Notes: generated by a model not told the origin, from the letters alone. A stretch of DNA of 64,000 nucleotides from Octopus sinensis (GCF_006345805.1 NC_043008.1:18600001-18664000); one strand, 5' to 3'. Shown: positions 1 to 13,633, numbered from the stretch's first letter. Program-made: numbers and translations.

Positions 1-116
1 TACATAGACACACACATACACATACATATCTATCTACCTATCTATCTATCTCTCTCTCTCTATATATATATATGCAGATTGATAGATAGGTAGATAGATA
101 TGTATGTGTATGTGTG

Positions 117-167
<51 letters not shown>

Positions 168-1230
168 GTACGTATATATTCTACATGTATATAGTTTAGT
201 GTGTTAGGATTGTCGATATTTTGAAGGCACTTGATATAAGAGATATGCATTTTGTTTGTTTTATATTCAATTGATTATTAAATATATTCTAAATGCCTTT
301 CAAATCTGATATATAAAACCGTAACTTTACAATTATTTTAATGGTTTCACAAAAAGTAAGCTTACAGATTTCGTATGGTATAGTAGAAGTTATTACAGGC
401 TATTATCCAGAACCCTTTCATGTGTACAGCGTGGTATTGCTTGAAGAGACTTTCCAAACATCTATCACTGAAGGAATAATTCCAAATTTGATCCGAGGAA
501 GATAATATACATTGTCACATTTAAAATCTGCATTTTGGAATATTTATATATTTTCTTTCTGTGTAGGTTCGACATAATATTCATTCCTTAATTATTATAC
601 ATGTTTCTCATATAAGTCTTAATAAACATTGCAGTGTTTCTCTGATCGTATCGTCTTTTCTGGGATTTTATTATTTGCATGTACTTAGAAAGCATTCAAA
701 ATTTGTTGTACTTTTAAATTTTTATGTTCTCGTGAAAAATGCTGTCGATGGTAAATCTGATGTAAAGAGGGATTTCAAACAAAACAATCGAGAGTTTGTA
801 TAAATTCGTCGGAAATGTTCAAACTGCATTCCGTAATATTGTCGATTTATTCCACAAAAGGTCTACTGCACTCGGTTGTATATAGAAGCTGTGGCGCCAC
901 TCATACTTATGGAGGATCGATTGGCCGATAAAATTAATAAATTTCAAGGTTTTTGCTTCCATGTATCTCATACAGATTAATCGACAAATAGAACTGAGAA
1001 ATTATTAAATGATGAAAGTGTTTTATGAACAAAGTCTTCAATATTTTGAACATATTTCTTCAGATTCGCCCTTTAGTAGTACTCATCTCTCGTATTTACT
1101 TCCGACTATGTCTATAGCTAGAGCTACAACATAACGTTTTGATTTTATGACGCCCGTAACATTTTCTGTAATGTAAATATATTTCGTTTCGAAAACACAT
1201 GTAAATTTACGGAGGACCAAATATTACAAA

Positions 1231-1609
1231 TTTATATATATAAAGCTGAAGTTGTCTGTGTGTGGCAGGTTTTGTAGTCTTCAACTAACACTATCTTCTC
1301 CGAGACCCTTCGGCGGAAGTTGACCAAAATTGAGAGTATGATAGAAGAAGGCTTGCTCTTCATTCCGTAGAAGAAAAAATTCAAATCGGACCACAAATTA
1401 TTTACATCAAAAAGGTGCTTTTTTTCTATAAATATCCCTATTTTTTATGATTTTTTGACTGATGTGTCGCCATTTTCCGGTGTATTTCAACCTGAAAAAT
1501 GTTCACTTAGAGAGAATAACAAACTCTATAATGCAAAATTTTTACTTTTCAAAAATTCCAATTCTAAAGGGTCGAAAGAAACTCGAGCAACGCCGGGCGA
1601 TACTGCTAT
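1231..1609 (+). mobile_element. Non-autonomous Helitron-like element (termini decayed)
   Basis: The 5' end TATATATAAAG and the 3' end GCAACGCCGGGCGATACTGCTA(T) are shared with the element at 14096-14493, but the interior differs. The GC-rich subterminal hairpin is present; CTAG has mutated to CTAT. Confidence 0.65.
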
Positions 1610-4084
1610 TATATTATAAACCTGTTTTAGAAACTCGAAACTGTATTAATTCTTTTTATTGTTTAGTATGAAGAAGAAACGCAGAACTCATAGGGAAAAT
1701 CGTAAAAAATTTATAACACCAGGTATATATCTAAACAGGTGATCACGTCTGGATACTTGAAAAATAGTGGATGTGCATAAATTTAGACTACGTGGACTAA
1801 TGGCTTTCTACTATCACAGTAAAATTGTACAACTCAATATACTAAATGGTCCACCCAATTGATTAGCTGTAAATAAAATATTACACTTAAATCCATCACG
1901 AGTCATTGCATACCTGTTATATATCCAGGTTGAATAGTACAATTGACAGGAAGTATGGTTAGCCAAGTACCGTTTATTTTACAAGAGTGGTCATATACTT
2001 AGCAAGGAAAAATATGATAACCTCTCAGTTTTGTAACTTTATATGGATATTGATTAATGAAAATGCGCGATTGATACTGAAATAATCTGGAGAAAAATCT
2101 ACAACGAGTTAATCCGTGTTTAAAGTGTAACGTCACACTCGCGTGCAACAATCTTTTCAGAAGACATGTTTTAAAATACTACATTAGTAGTTTCATATTA
2201 ATTCGTACCATTGAGGTAATCTGGTGTGATAAATTACCTGTATTAATGTATTTAAGATGACAGGTACAACACATTATTTTACTTATTGTAAGTCATTGCA
2301 GATGTGAGTTATTATAAGATACAACTTGAATCGGGACTCGAAATTAGGTCGCAGTTTCGATTTAGTAGTAACATACTTCTTACTCTATGGCGGTGTTTAG
2401 TTCGTGCTTTAAATAAATATATTATACAATTTAATATATTTTCAATTTTCACACCCTTATATGTATGTTGATACATTTATAATCATATAATAATATTCGG
2501 GGTGTGTTTCATTGTTTATGGTACGAGGTAAATTACTGTTTAATACTAATCTAATTATAAGACTATATGAACGCGATATAATGTTCTAAATTCACAAAGT
2601 AACTTTCGAAATCAATTGTTTGTGTCTCTATTTACGTAGCAAAAATCAAAACAATACGAGTCATTGGTTTCATAACGTCTAAAGTAAACGCATGTAAATT
2701 GATTCATATTCAACATTTGTATTCTTCAAAACTTCCGGAATTACTGCAATAACAATTTCAATTTTCCTCCGAGCAAAGCATTCTCGAATGTAGGAAATGT
2801 CACAATTTCTAATTTTGAAAACAATAAAATGGATTAAAGAAAGATCTGTACTCGTGTTAATTTAAACGTTTTCCTTTCGTACTGAAACGCAGACATGAAG
2901 CAAATATCATCTTATTTGATTGTTTCATTGGAAATTTCACATAATAGTTTTCAAATCATATTACACTTTCAATTGTCCAACGCTAGTCATATAGAGGAAA
3001 TTATTACATTCTACCACTTATACCTGTCCAAAGCAATTCATAACAACAGACAGAGAATTTAATCAAATATTCCTCTCTTAATTCTTTGTTTAACCAAAGA
3101 CCGAAATCTTTGTAACAACTTTCTCAGTAGATAAAGTTTCGGATTTTGAACTAACAATCAAACAGCTGGCAGTTCGTAATTATCATTGAGTCGTCTCGAT
3201 GGGAAAGAAAGCTTAGTCTAACAAGTCACAAACAAGCAGCATTTCGATAAGTATAATGCTCTATCAGAGAAAAAAGTATTGGAATTATACTAATATTGGT
3301 TCCTAGCACTGTCTGATAAGTTATAGGCGACAAAATCGCCCTTTATTTATTCCCACTGATAGCATGACAGGAAAATTTATTTCGTTGGTTCATTGTAATA
3401 AAGACCAATAAGTCCATCACGAGATTAAATAACTGAAATCCTGTAAAAACTCCTATATGTTTATTTCACATTGCAATAGGTACCATAAAATGGTCTCAAA
3501 TATAAACATTGTGAAAACATAAGATCTTTATCGATATTCCTACAACCGATTTCTTACTTAATTCAAGAAAATTTTCCAACGGTCATGAATATCACGAGGA
3601 GTTAATACTTGACAACGTTGTATCAGTAATTTTCTATATTTAGTCACAAAAGTTTTTCATTCTACTCCTAAACGACGTTGAACTATTTTCAAAAATTTAC
3701 ATAGTTGTAACGAAATGATACTATATGATAAAAGACAAACACGTTATAGTAAGAAAGAGGATTCAGTTTTGTAACCAACAAAAATTCGAAATACGCTATT
3801 GTAATTTACAGAAACAATAACGAGATTTACACCATAGTACATACATGTACATAGTCTCTAGAAATATAAGGTGGCTTTCACATAATGCAAAATATAATCC
3901 CATTTATTTAATCCGTACTATCCTAGATATGTGGGCCACAGTACATTGGTATTTTGTTCACGCTGTGTACATTGTAAGTTATGCCTTTGATTTGATATGA
4001 TGGTAAATTGTGAAGTATTGAAAAATTAACCACCATTATTAAGAACTGAAAATGGCCACATAGAAACAACCTTGTCGGCTGCTA

Positions 4085-4093
4085 TATACATAT

Positions 4094-4151
<58 letters not shown>

Positions 4152-4442
4152 TATATATATATATACATATTATATATATATATATATATACATATTTATA
4201 TATATATATATATACATATTTATATATATATATATCTATATATATATATATACATATTTATATATATAATATATACATATTATATATACATATATATATA
4301 TATACATATTTATGTACACATATTTATATATATATGTACATATATATATATATACATATTTATATATATATACATGCATATATATATATATACATATTAT
4401 ATATACATATTTATATATATATATGAACATATATATACATAC

Positions 4443-4498
<56 letters not shown>

Positions 4499-4520
4499 GT
4501 GTGTGTGTGTGTGTGTGCGT
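4085..4520. repeat. Compound (TA)n/(TG)n microsatellite
   Basis: Directly visible; source of the spurious YI/CV-repeat ORFs. Confidence 0.95.
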
Positions 4521-4524
4521 GTGT

Positions 4525-4700
4525 GGTTAAAATGAATAGGAAACGAAAGACAAAAACAGGTGAGGGAACAGCAACCAGGTATATTAGTTTGACACTGAGA
4601 GAAAATGGAAAAGTCTTTGACGTTTCGAGCCTAAACTCTTCAATAGAAAGGGATGAGAGGAAAAACGAAGAGGGGAAAAAACCGAAGAGAGGTAGATATA
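4525..4700 (-). mobile_element. Short dispersed repeat (family D, probable PLE pLTR remnant) with a minimal HHR-like motif
   Basis: Similar to 12880-13105 and 41155-41325. Minus strand 4615-4650 reads CTTT CTATTGA A GAGT TTAG GCTC GAAA CG TC AAAG. Confidence 0.6.
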
Positions 4701-5649
4701 TATATGATTGCATGCATATATTTATGTTAACATGCATGTTTATATCTGTATTATGTATATACGTATGGATGGATTTCACGCAGTCCTAAGTAATGCTAAC
4801 ATGAATATTCATTTGCCACATACTTTAACAAAAATTTGGAAGTATCATGTTTCTAAGAATATTCTTATATGACATTTTTGATATATCAAAAATATGTTCT
4901 TTACATATAATATGAACATATTACAAAAAATATAATTTCAAATACAGACAAAAATATTACGAAAAACAATTCTATAGACAGAAAGATGACAGAAAAATGA
5001 AGGGGAATATTTAAGAAGAATTCAATGTCTAAATGTATTTTGTGTTTCTGAATAAATCGATGATTTCTTGAAAGTTTTTAATTTTATTATCTTAGAAGAT
5101 AATTGGTCATATCCATTTGCTCTATTGTTAAAAAGCATCACTTCAGTTAGGTTTTTTTCTTCTGTAATGGCGTCATTTCTTCGTATGAGCATTTAAATTC
5201 CTTTATACTATTGCTTCAAACTTGTTATATTTTATAAAATTATATTTCATTGTCACTACAGACAAATACATACACACAAACATATATATATATATAAACA
5301 CACCTGTGTGTGTGCCTGAGTAATTGTATGTTTGTCTACTGTGCTTGTGACTGTATATATATATATATAATATATATATATATATATAATATATATATAT
5401 ATATATTATAATATATTATATTATATTTTTAATTTTACATTCATAAAGTTTCTTTACTTTAATTATACTGATGTTAATATATCGTCATTAAATTTTACAT
5501 ATTTCTTTGAGAATATTATTTAAATTTTTTTTCATAATTTAGTTATTTCATTTTTTATAATCTATTTAATCATTATATTCCAGTTTTTCTTATTGAATTT
5601 CCTATAAAATAGCGTTTGTTAAGGATTTTCTATAATACTTACCTATATA

Positions 5650-5679
<30 letters not shown>

Positions 5680-5685
<6 letters not shown>

Positions 5686-6460
5686 ATATGAATAATATAT
5701 AAATATATGCATATATACATACATATATATACATACCTACATATATATGTATATATACATGCATATATGGGTACAGGACATCGAAAAATCTTTGAACACA
5801 ATGCGAAACGAAAACATAAAAACAATAACATGGAAAACGACCTTTTTTTCTAACAACGAAAAAACGAACAGAGAAACGAGACATGCAACATAAAGAATAT
5901 TCCCCTTCATCAGTTGTTCCTGTTTTATCTACTACGCGTCCCGAAAGCAAGGATAATATGCGACTTCGTTGAAACAATTATTCCCGCAAAGGAAATTAAA
6001 TAAAAGTTGGGATTGGGATTTTTCTGCAGAAGGTGAAAGCGGTAACAAGAACAGGTCAGTGAGAGGAAGACAGTAAAAAAACTAACGTGAGATGTGTTAA
6101 GCCAAGACGATAGGAAAATTATTATTAACGCCTACCGTTTATTTAATTTGCTTTGCGGGTAGGACTGTTTCAACGAAGTGGTATATTGTCCTTGCTTTCG
6201 GAACCGCGGAGTATATAAAACAGGGATAACTGATGAAGGGGAATATTCTTCATGTTGCATGTCTCGTTTCTCTGGGTTTTTTTTTGGTTTGACAAAAGTT
6301 CGTTTTCTATATTATGCTTTTTATGTTTTCGTTTCTCATTGTGTTCAACGTTTTTTTGATGTCCTGCACCCATATATGCATGTATATATACATATATATC
6401 CAGGCATGTACATATATGTATGTATATATGCATATATTTATATATAATTTATATTATTAT
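5680..6460. mobile_element. Inverted pair (~325-bp arms, 5680-6004 / 6138-6460) of a PLE-like pLTR remnant (family E)
   Basis: The arms are diverged reverse complements (ORFs 5639-5977(-) and 6178-6447(+) are near-paralogous). They resemble 45105-45520 and are embedded in (TA)n. Confidence 0.7.
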
Positions 6461-6493
6461 ATGATCGAACGCCACGCATCCTTTTCCAAGTAA

Positions 6494-6497
<4 letters not shown>

Positions 6498-6544
<47 letters not shown>

Positions 6545-6627
6545 TATATATGTGTATATATATGTATATATATACGTATATAAATATATATATGTATATA
6601 TATATATACCCACATATATGCGCATAT

Positions 6628-6695
<68 letters not shown>
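6498..6695. repeat. (TA)n compound microsatellite
   Basis: Directly visible. Confidence 0.95.
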
Positions 6696-7254
6696 TTTAT
6701 TTAAAAGTAGAACGGGATCAAACAACATAATTTCTGAAAATATTTTGTAATTGTAAAACATATATTTGTAAGGAAACATGAGGAAGAAGGTTGCTTTTAC
6801 ATCACAAGTCAAGAGACTACAGACAGACGAAATATGTGTATGAGGTAGTTCATTTTTTTCAACTTGAAGCCGTTTACTTCTAATAGTAATAATTCTAATC
6901 GATAAAGACTATCGTAACTGTTTACATTTAAGTCCCCACACAAATTAAAGTACCTTACCGGATAGGAATTGAAATGAGAGGAATTATATTTCTTTCAAAA
7001 TATTTTAGAGTGGAATAAAACATAGCGAGAGATAAAGAGAGAAAGCCAAACCTCTCAGTATTATAGTTGATGATGGATAATATAGGTAGTAGCTGCAAGG
7101 AAAAGCTTTTATCATACAAAATTTCTTTTCTAAAGCAAATGCTTATGGGTTTTATCTTAATACGCAGCACATTGTTTCTTCTAGTGTTGCGACCTTTTAA
7201 CAAAAGCCTTCTGGATTAAATTTGGCAAAGCAAAAACAGTACCAGAAATGTGTG

Positions 7255-7288
<34 letters not shown>

Positions 7289-7649
7289 CGTGTGTGCGTG
7301 TGTGTTTGTGTGTGTGTGTGTGTGTACATATATATTATGCTTTGTAGAAGGACAGTAACTACTACTTTCAGACCAAAAGTTCCCTTTGTAAGACATAGGA
7401 GGATCTATTTTGTAATCTTCTCAATCCGCAAAAGCTTCGCTTATGTGATACAATCTTTTCTATATAAACGTCTGTTCAATGTACAGATAAAATATCCATA
7501 ATATTTTCCGAGAAGAAAATTTGATATCTAAAACTAGATATTCACCTGTCTCGACGGGTCCAAAATATAACCTAAAAATAACCCATTCTAGTTACACTTT
7601 TATACAACTGTAAAATCCACCCCTAAGGATATAAGTGTTCTTAATATTA

Positions 7650-7808
7650 GCACCGTATTCAACCGCCTTTATGTTCTGAGTTCAACTTCAGCCGAAGTTG
7701 TTTCGGGGCCAATAAAATAAGTACCACTTGCGCAATATTGTCGAAGTAACACTTTTATTCTGACTCGCAATTGCTAGACTGATGCCGAAATTTGAAACCA
7801 ATATCATT
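7650..7808 (+). mobile_element. Degenerate SINE family A fragment
   Basis: GTTCTGAGTTCAAC...TTTCGGGGCCAATAAAATAAGTACCA matches the family A body. Confidence 0.55.
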
Positions 7809-8649
7809 ACATTTGTCTAAAAGTGTAACTAGAACGGGTTGTATTTTAGATTTTATGTTGGGCACTTTTAAATGTCAGGTTACATGAGTGATCTTTCGTG
7901 ATACTGGTAGCATTGAATACCATACAACGTTTTGTGTGGTTGGGTCGTCGGCGAATAAAATGGCAACCTTATCACGTTTTCTGGGTGAGAGGCTTGCTAG
8001 AAACACAAGAGGAATTAAAATAGGACCTATTAAGACAATAGAGGAACCTAATATAGGTTCAATGACTATCTAACAATAGCACGAAGCCCCAGAATTTTGA
8101 GGTTGGTGTCCGGTGTACTGGTAGACCACTGGGATTGTGGTACCCATTAGCATTTGTAAAAGCGTGTCTCTAGAAACCGTTTCAAGTCAAGACTACGTTT
8201 GCTTCGATAATCAGTGATGACGACTTGGTCACCGAATCCTCTCTAACGGTCAACAATAATACCAAGCAAAACTCAGTTATCTCCCCTGTTGATTTTGCAT
8301 CTCTATTTTTAAAAACGGCATATATTTACGTTTTAATAATTATAAATACACTTCGTTTTTCCAATTAAATTTAGAAGTATATAATTTGTAACCGACTGCA
8401 GAGTGCATAATCATTATCTATTTTATATTTTGGTAACACATTCGTATTAAAGAGAATCCTGATATGTGAACATGTAAACGATGGTCCATTAGATGATATT
8501 TCAATGTCCGCCAGTTGATATAATGTTTTATTGCTAACAGCAAACATCTTAACACAATAGAGAGGAATATTTTCCCATTGTTTGCATATAACCAGAAATC
8601 CATGGTTATGCTACTTATTGACGTCTTACGAACAGATACATAATACGTG

Positions 8650-8690
8650 TGTGTGTATGTGCGTATGTGTGTGATTGTGCGTGTGTGTGA

Positions 8691-8725
<35 letters not shown>

Positions 8726-8982
8726 GTATATATATACATACATATATATCAGATATATGTATATACCTTCTGTATATACATATAATTGCATATATACATA
8801 TATATATATAATATAATATATATATGCATATATAATATATACACACACATATATATATATACATAAATACATATATATATACACACATATATAAATACAC
8901 AAATACATATATATATATATATAAATATAAACATATTCATATATAAACATATTCATATACATATATAAACATGCATACATGT

Positions 8983-9029
<47 letters not shown>

Positions 9030-9120
9030 CATACATGCATGCATATATATATATTAGAGACCGAGAAGATAGAGTGAGAGAGAGAGGGATAAATACATGC
9101 ATATATAGACACATACATAT
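8650..9120. repeat. Compound (TG)/(TC)/(TA) microsatellite
   Basis: Directly visible. Confidence 0.9.
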
Positions 9121-9573
9121 AGATTTTGCTTCTGGCAAGAGACTCTCATTAATTATGATATGTGAACAACAACGCAAAGGTTTTTCCCATTACCAGTTTA
9201 TCATATTTTCGAATTTCTACTTCTGATTTTGTTTTTCGCAATTTTTATCATTCCCATTCGCTGATTGTCCATTTTTTCGTTTTCAACTAAGTTATTCGTT
9301 ACACATACATTATTTTCGATACCATTTTGCTTCAATCCCCCGTTGTCTTTACTATGTTGTTACGTAATCTTAGAAAAGATATATTCAAGATATTTTCCAA
9401 TTGGAACAGTTCACAAGAGTATATGCACAACAGGAATATGATGTATGCGGTTGACTAACAGACCTCATGTCCTGACTATGATACAATACAAAGGGAACTC
9501 GTTAGAACTGAAAAGATGCACTTGCTATTCAAGGGGGTCTGTCTATAAAACATTAGTTTTTCTTTCTTTATAA

Positions 9574-9734
9574 GCATGGCTGTGTGATAAGAAGTTTGCT
9601 TCCCAACCACATGGTCCCGGGTTCAGTTCCACTGCGTGTGGGTAAGTGTATTTCTACTATAGCCTCGGGCGGACCAAAGCTTTTTGAGTAGATTTGGCAG
9701 AGAGAAACTGAAAGTAGCTCGTGGTATATATATA

Positions 9735-9802
<68 letters not shown>

Positions 9803-10003
9803 TGTGTGCCTGTGTTTGTCCCCATTACCATCGCTTGACAACCGATTTTCGTTGCCTACATCGCCGTAATTTAGTGCTTCGGCAAAAGAATGCGCTTAGA
9901 ATAAGTACTAGGCCTCCTAAAAATAAGTTGTGGGGTCGACTGAAATCGGTGCTCCAGCATGGCCGCAGTCAAATGACTGAAATAAGTAAATGAAAAGAAG
10001 AAT
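9574..10003 (+). mobile_element. tRNA-derived SINE family B (internal TA/TG microsatellite)
   Basis: Head GGCTGTGTGATAAG...CCCGGGTTCAGTTCC (A/B-box-like), then GCCTCGGGCGGACCAAAGC, an internal (TA)n and the 3' CAGCATGGCCGCAGTCAAATGACTGAAA; multiple copies in the window. Confidence 0.9.
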
Positions 10004-10241
10004 GCTAAAACATCAACATCTCTATGGCAAAACTATTTTTAACAGATATATACATAGAACGGGTATTCGGATTCAATATCCCAGTTTGCATATAAGGGAG
10101 GGAAAACATTATTCTATACAAAAATAGATGTATTTTCGAATATCAAAAAATATCAACCGCATTATGACTGGGAGACTATGGTTTACTCGATATAGCTGCG
10201 CTCAACTTCAACAGCGGCCGCAAGATGTAAGCGTGCCTCAC

Positions 10242-10337
10242 TTTATTCCTAGGAAGATTTCCGAACATCTCTTTGAGATTCACCACCGGCTCGGCCTTGG
10301 TTTTGCAGGATGAGCGTTTCGAATCTTTGTCAGCCAT
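10242..10337 (-). CDS. Candidate coding exon MADKDSKRSSCKTKAEPVVNLKEMFGNLPRNK (unassigned)
   Basis: Non-repetitive island with higher GC; ATG in AACATGG context; ends at a good donor AAA|GTGAGG. No homology recognised. Confidence 0.25.
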
Positions 10338-10759
10338 GTTCCACACATAGTAATACATGGGATTACAATGGGTGCAATGGCTGCCAGATATTGGGGTTGG
10401 TGATGTCATAGAAATTTGCCGGGTATATTAAGGAGCCGATTCCTTTTGCTATACATATGGACTTCCATATATATATATGGAAGTCCATATATATATATGG
10501 AAGTCCATATATATATATATATATATAAAATAATAAACAGAATATATGTTATGTGTTACTATTGGTGTCGTGCAATGAAAGCATGCCAGACAGCATATTT
10601 TGAATCTTCTGAACTCTCAGCATAATATTGAACTATCTCGCAAAGCTTGCAGCGCTTGATCTAATTGTAACACATACAAACATATACTCTGTTCATTACC
10701 TAACATTTATATCTCACCGAATGGAATACTTCCCTTCGCTCATCTCACCATCACGGAAT

Positions 10760-10901
10760 AGAACACTATATATATATATATATATAAATATAAATATATA
10801 TATATATACATATATACACATATGTATGTATATGTATATACTATATATGTGTATATGTATATACATATATATATGTATATATGTATATACATACATATGT
10901 A

Positions 10902-10983
<82 letters not shown>

Positions 10984-11010
10984 CATTATATATATATATA
11001 CATACATATC
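10760..11010. repeat. (TA)n compound microsatellite
   Basis: Directly visible. Confidence 0.95.
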
Positions 11011-11333
11011 AAGTCGCCCATACCAATGTATCTGTTCCCGAAACGGCCGTGAGACTTTGCACATGCTGAAGATTCTTTTTAAAATCACGTTATACCAACA
11101 TTATGATTTATTTGGATAACCGCTATATATTCACCATCGGCGTATTTTAATATCCTCATTCATTTTAATAGGGATGTACAACATCCCAAGTACATTTAGG
11201 TATTTATTTATTTATATATTTTAATATAATATCATGTTTATATGAATGCACCTATGTATACTGCGGAGTATCCTGACGATTTGACATATATTGAGTGAGT
11301 ATGAACAATGACCTTTGAAGTTTATTCTGACTT

Positions 11334-11374
<41 letters not shown>

Positions 11375-11604
11375 ACACACACTATATATATAGTGTGTGT
11401 ATATGTGCGTGTGTGTGTGTGTGTGTGTCTGCGTGCGTAATTTAGGCACTTAAAAGTTAGTGATGATCTGTTTTTGGAAATACTATGTAAGACAAGATAG
11501 CTAAAAAATTTTACACACACACATACGCACACACATATATAATATATACATGCATGAATGTATGTATATATGTATGTATGTATGTATATATGCATTAATA
11601 TATG

Positions 11605-11638
<34 letters not shown>

Positions 11639-12394
11639 ATAATATATATATATTCGTATATATGTGTGTATATTCGTATCTGTATAGTGTATGGATATTC
11701 TTTATGTATGAATATATGTGTGCTTGTGTGTGTGGTGTGTGTGTGTGTGTGTGTCCACCGCTGTTTCTGTATATGTGCGTGTGAGTATCCGTGTGAATAT
11801 GTTTCTATAAATATTAGTAGTTTTTATATACGTATACATCCAACCTTGTGACAATTTTTCTTGCATCTTTGTATAAGCGAATTTATCTCCAAATCTATCT
11901 TTCCGCCATTTTAATTTTTTATATGTATTTTTACTTACTGTTTTTTTTTGTTTTCTTTCTTTTTAGATTTTTCTGCAAACTTGTAAGTGCCAATTAGGAC
12001 CATCATATTATGATACTTAGCGAATAGGAAAAAGGAATATAAAGTATAGATAATAATGTTTGATGAGATGCATTTCGTTAGGAAAATACAAGTCTTCAAA
12101 TCGTCATAAGTAGAACAGTAATGGTCAGCTGAAAGAGAAACGACAAGGATGCTTAATGAAAGAATCGGATTAATTCAATGTCTAAGTATGTAAATGGAAT
12201 AATCCCATTCGGTCAACGATATAAAGGCATTATATAAAGACATACACAAACGCACGCACGCACACACACACATACATTTTGCATGTGCAACTAAGCAATA
12301 TTAAATTACAATAATCATATCTATGTATTGTATTTAACCTATATACCAGTTGATAGGACATTTTTTTTGGAGTATTCTTTCCGAGATAACAAAT

Positions 12395-12797
12395 CGTGGT
12401 AAGAAACTTGCTTCCCAACCACGTAATTCCGGGTTCGTGGCACATTGAGCATAGCCATGGCCGACCAAAGCCTTGTGAGTAGATTTGGTGGACGAAAACT
12501 GAAAGAAGCCCTCGTATATATATATATATATATACATGTATGTATGTGTGTGTGTGTGTATATATATATGTGTGTGTGTGTGTGTGTGAGTGTCTGTCTG
12601 TCACTCTGACACCTCTTGACAACCGGTGTTGGTATGTTTACGTCCCCGTAACTTAACGGGTCGGGAAACGATACCGATAAAATAAGTACCAAGCCTAAAA
12701 ACTAAGTAGTAGAGTCGATTCATTCGACTAAAATTTCAAGGTGTTGCCCCAGCATGGTCGCAGACTACTGAATGAAACATGTGAAATATAAAAGATA
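12395..12797 (+). mobile_element. SINE family B
   Basis: Matches head, core, internal microsatellite and 3' part of the other B copies. Confidence 0.85.
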
Positions 12798-12879
12798 TAT
12801 ATATACTTTATATATTATACACACACACACACACACTCAGAGAGAAGTTCACATGCTTATATGTGGTTTTGCGTTACAC

Positions 12880-13105
12880 CTTGGAATAATTTGTTTCCTG
12901 TCTGCAATTCTTTCTGATATTACAGTCGCCATGATTGAATGCTAAATCCACAAGATGTTTTTTATTAATTCTCTCTCTCCGTTTATTGCCTCGTGTTCCT
13001 TTCTGTTGAAGAGCGTAAAATACTTGACATAATTTCTCACCTTCCCGAGAGTCACACTAATACACCTGTCTTCTTTTTCTTCTGTTTTACTATAAATTTC
13101 AACTA
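12880..13105 (+). mobile_element. Family D repeat; HHR-like motif with an internal deletion
   Basis: CTTTCTGTTGAAGAGCGTAAAA at 12999-13020. Relative to the 4615 and 41247 copies, the stretch between two CGTA repeats is missing. Confidence 0.55.
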
Positions 13106-13117
13106 TATATATATATA

Positions 13118-13633
13118 TTAATAATTATCACTATACTAATATGGCAGTCTATAAATATAAGACTAAAGCTGTCGCTGATTAGCTCCAAGAGGCCATCGCC
13201 TCTAGCTAGCTATATGACACACGAACCTGCGTCCATTACAACCTTCGAACAGGGGAGGTCAGCCGCTTCACCTTGCTAGTCAGACATCTTATATTTATAG
13301 ACTGCCATATTAGTATGGCGATAACTATTAATATCCAGTAACGCTGCCGTAATCTCCTTTAGAGAGACTTAGTAATTTTAATATTTTTATTATTGAAAAC
13401 AAGTGGATGTATTCCACTGTAACTAGGTAAATAAAATCTTCGAACAGACGGTCAGTAGCGACACCTGCTGGTTCTGACTACGCTGGATTGATAAAGGGCA
13501 ACAACCCTGAAACATGTCTGCAGATGTCTGACTAGCAAGGTGAAGCGGCTGACCTCCCCTGTTCGAAGGTTCTAATGGACGCAGGTTCATGTGTCATATA
13601 GCTAGCTAGAGGCGATGGCCTCTTGGAGCTAAT
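13118..13633. mobile_element. Nested inverted-repeat element (PLE pLTR-like remnant)
   Basis: 45-bp inverted arms at 13118-13162 / 13287-13331 (3 mismatches). A ~112-bp segment 13178-13289 recurs inverted at 13522-13633, directly after an HHR motif. AT-rich microsatellite flanks. Confidence 0.7.
13483..13523 (+). ncRNA. Minimal type I hammerhead ribozyme, U3-A8 variant
   Basis: CTGGA TTGATAA AGGG CAACAA CCCT GAAA CATG TC^ TGCAG: stem I 4/5 bp, stem II 4 bp, palindromic stem III ACATGT, GUC cleavage site. Confidence 0.7.
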
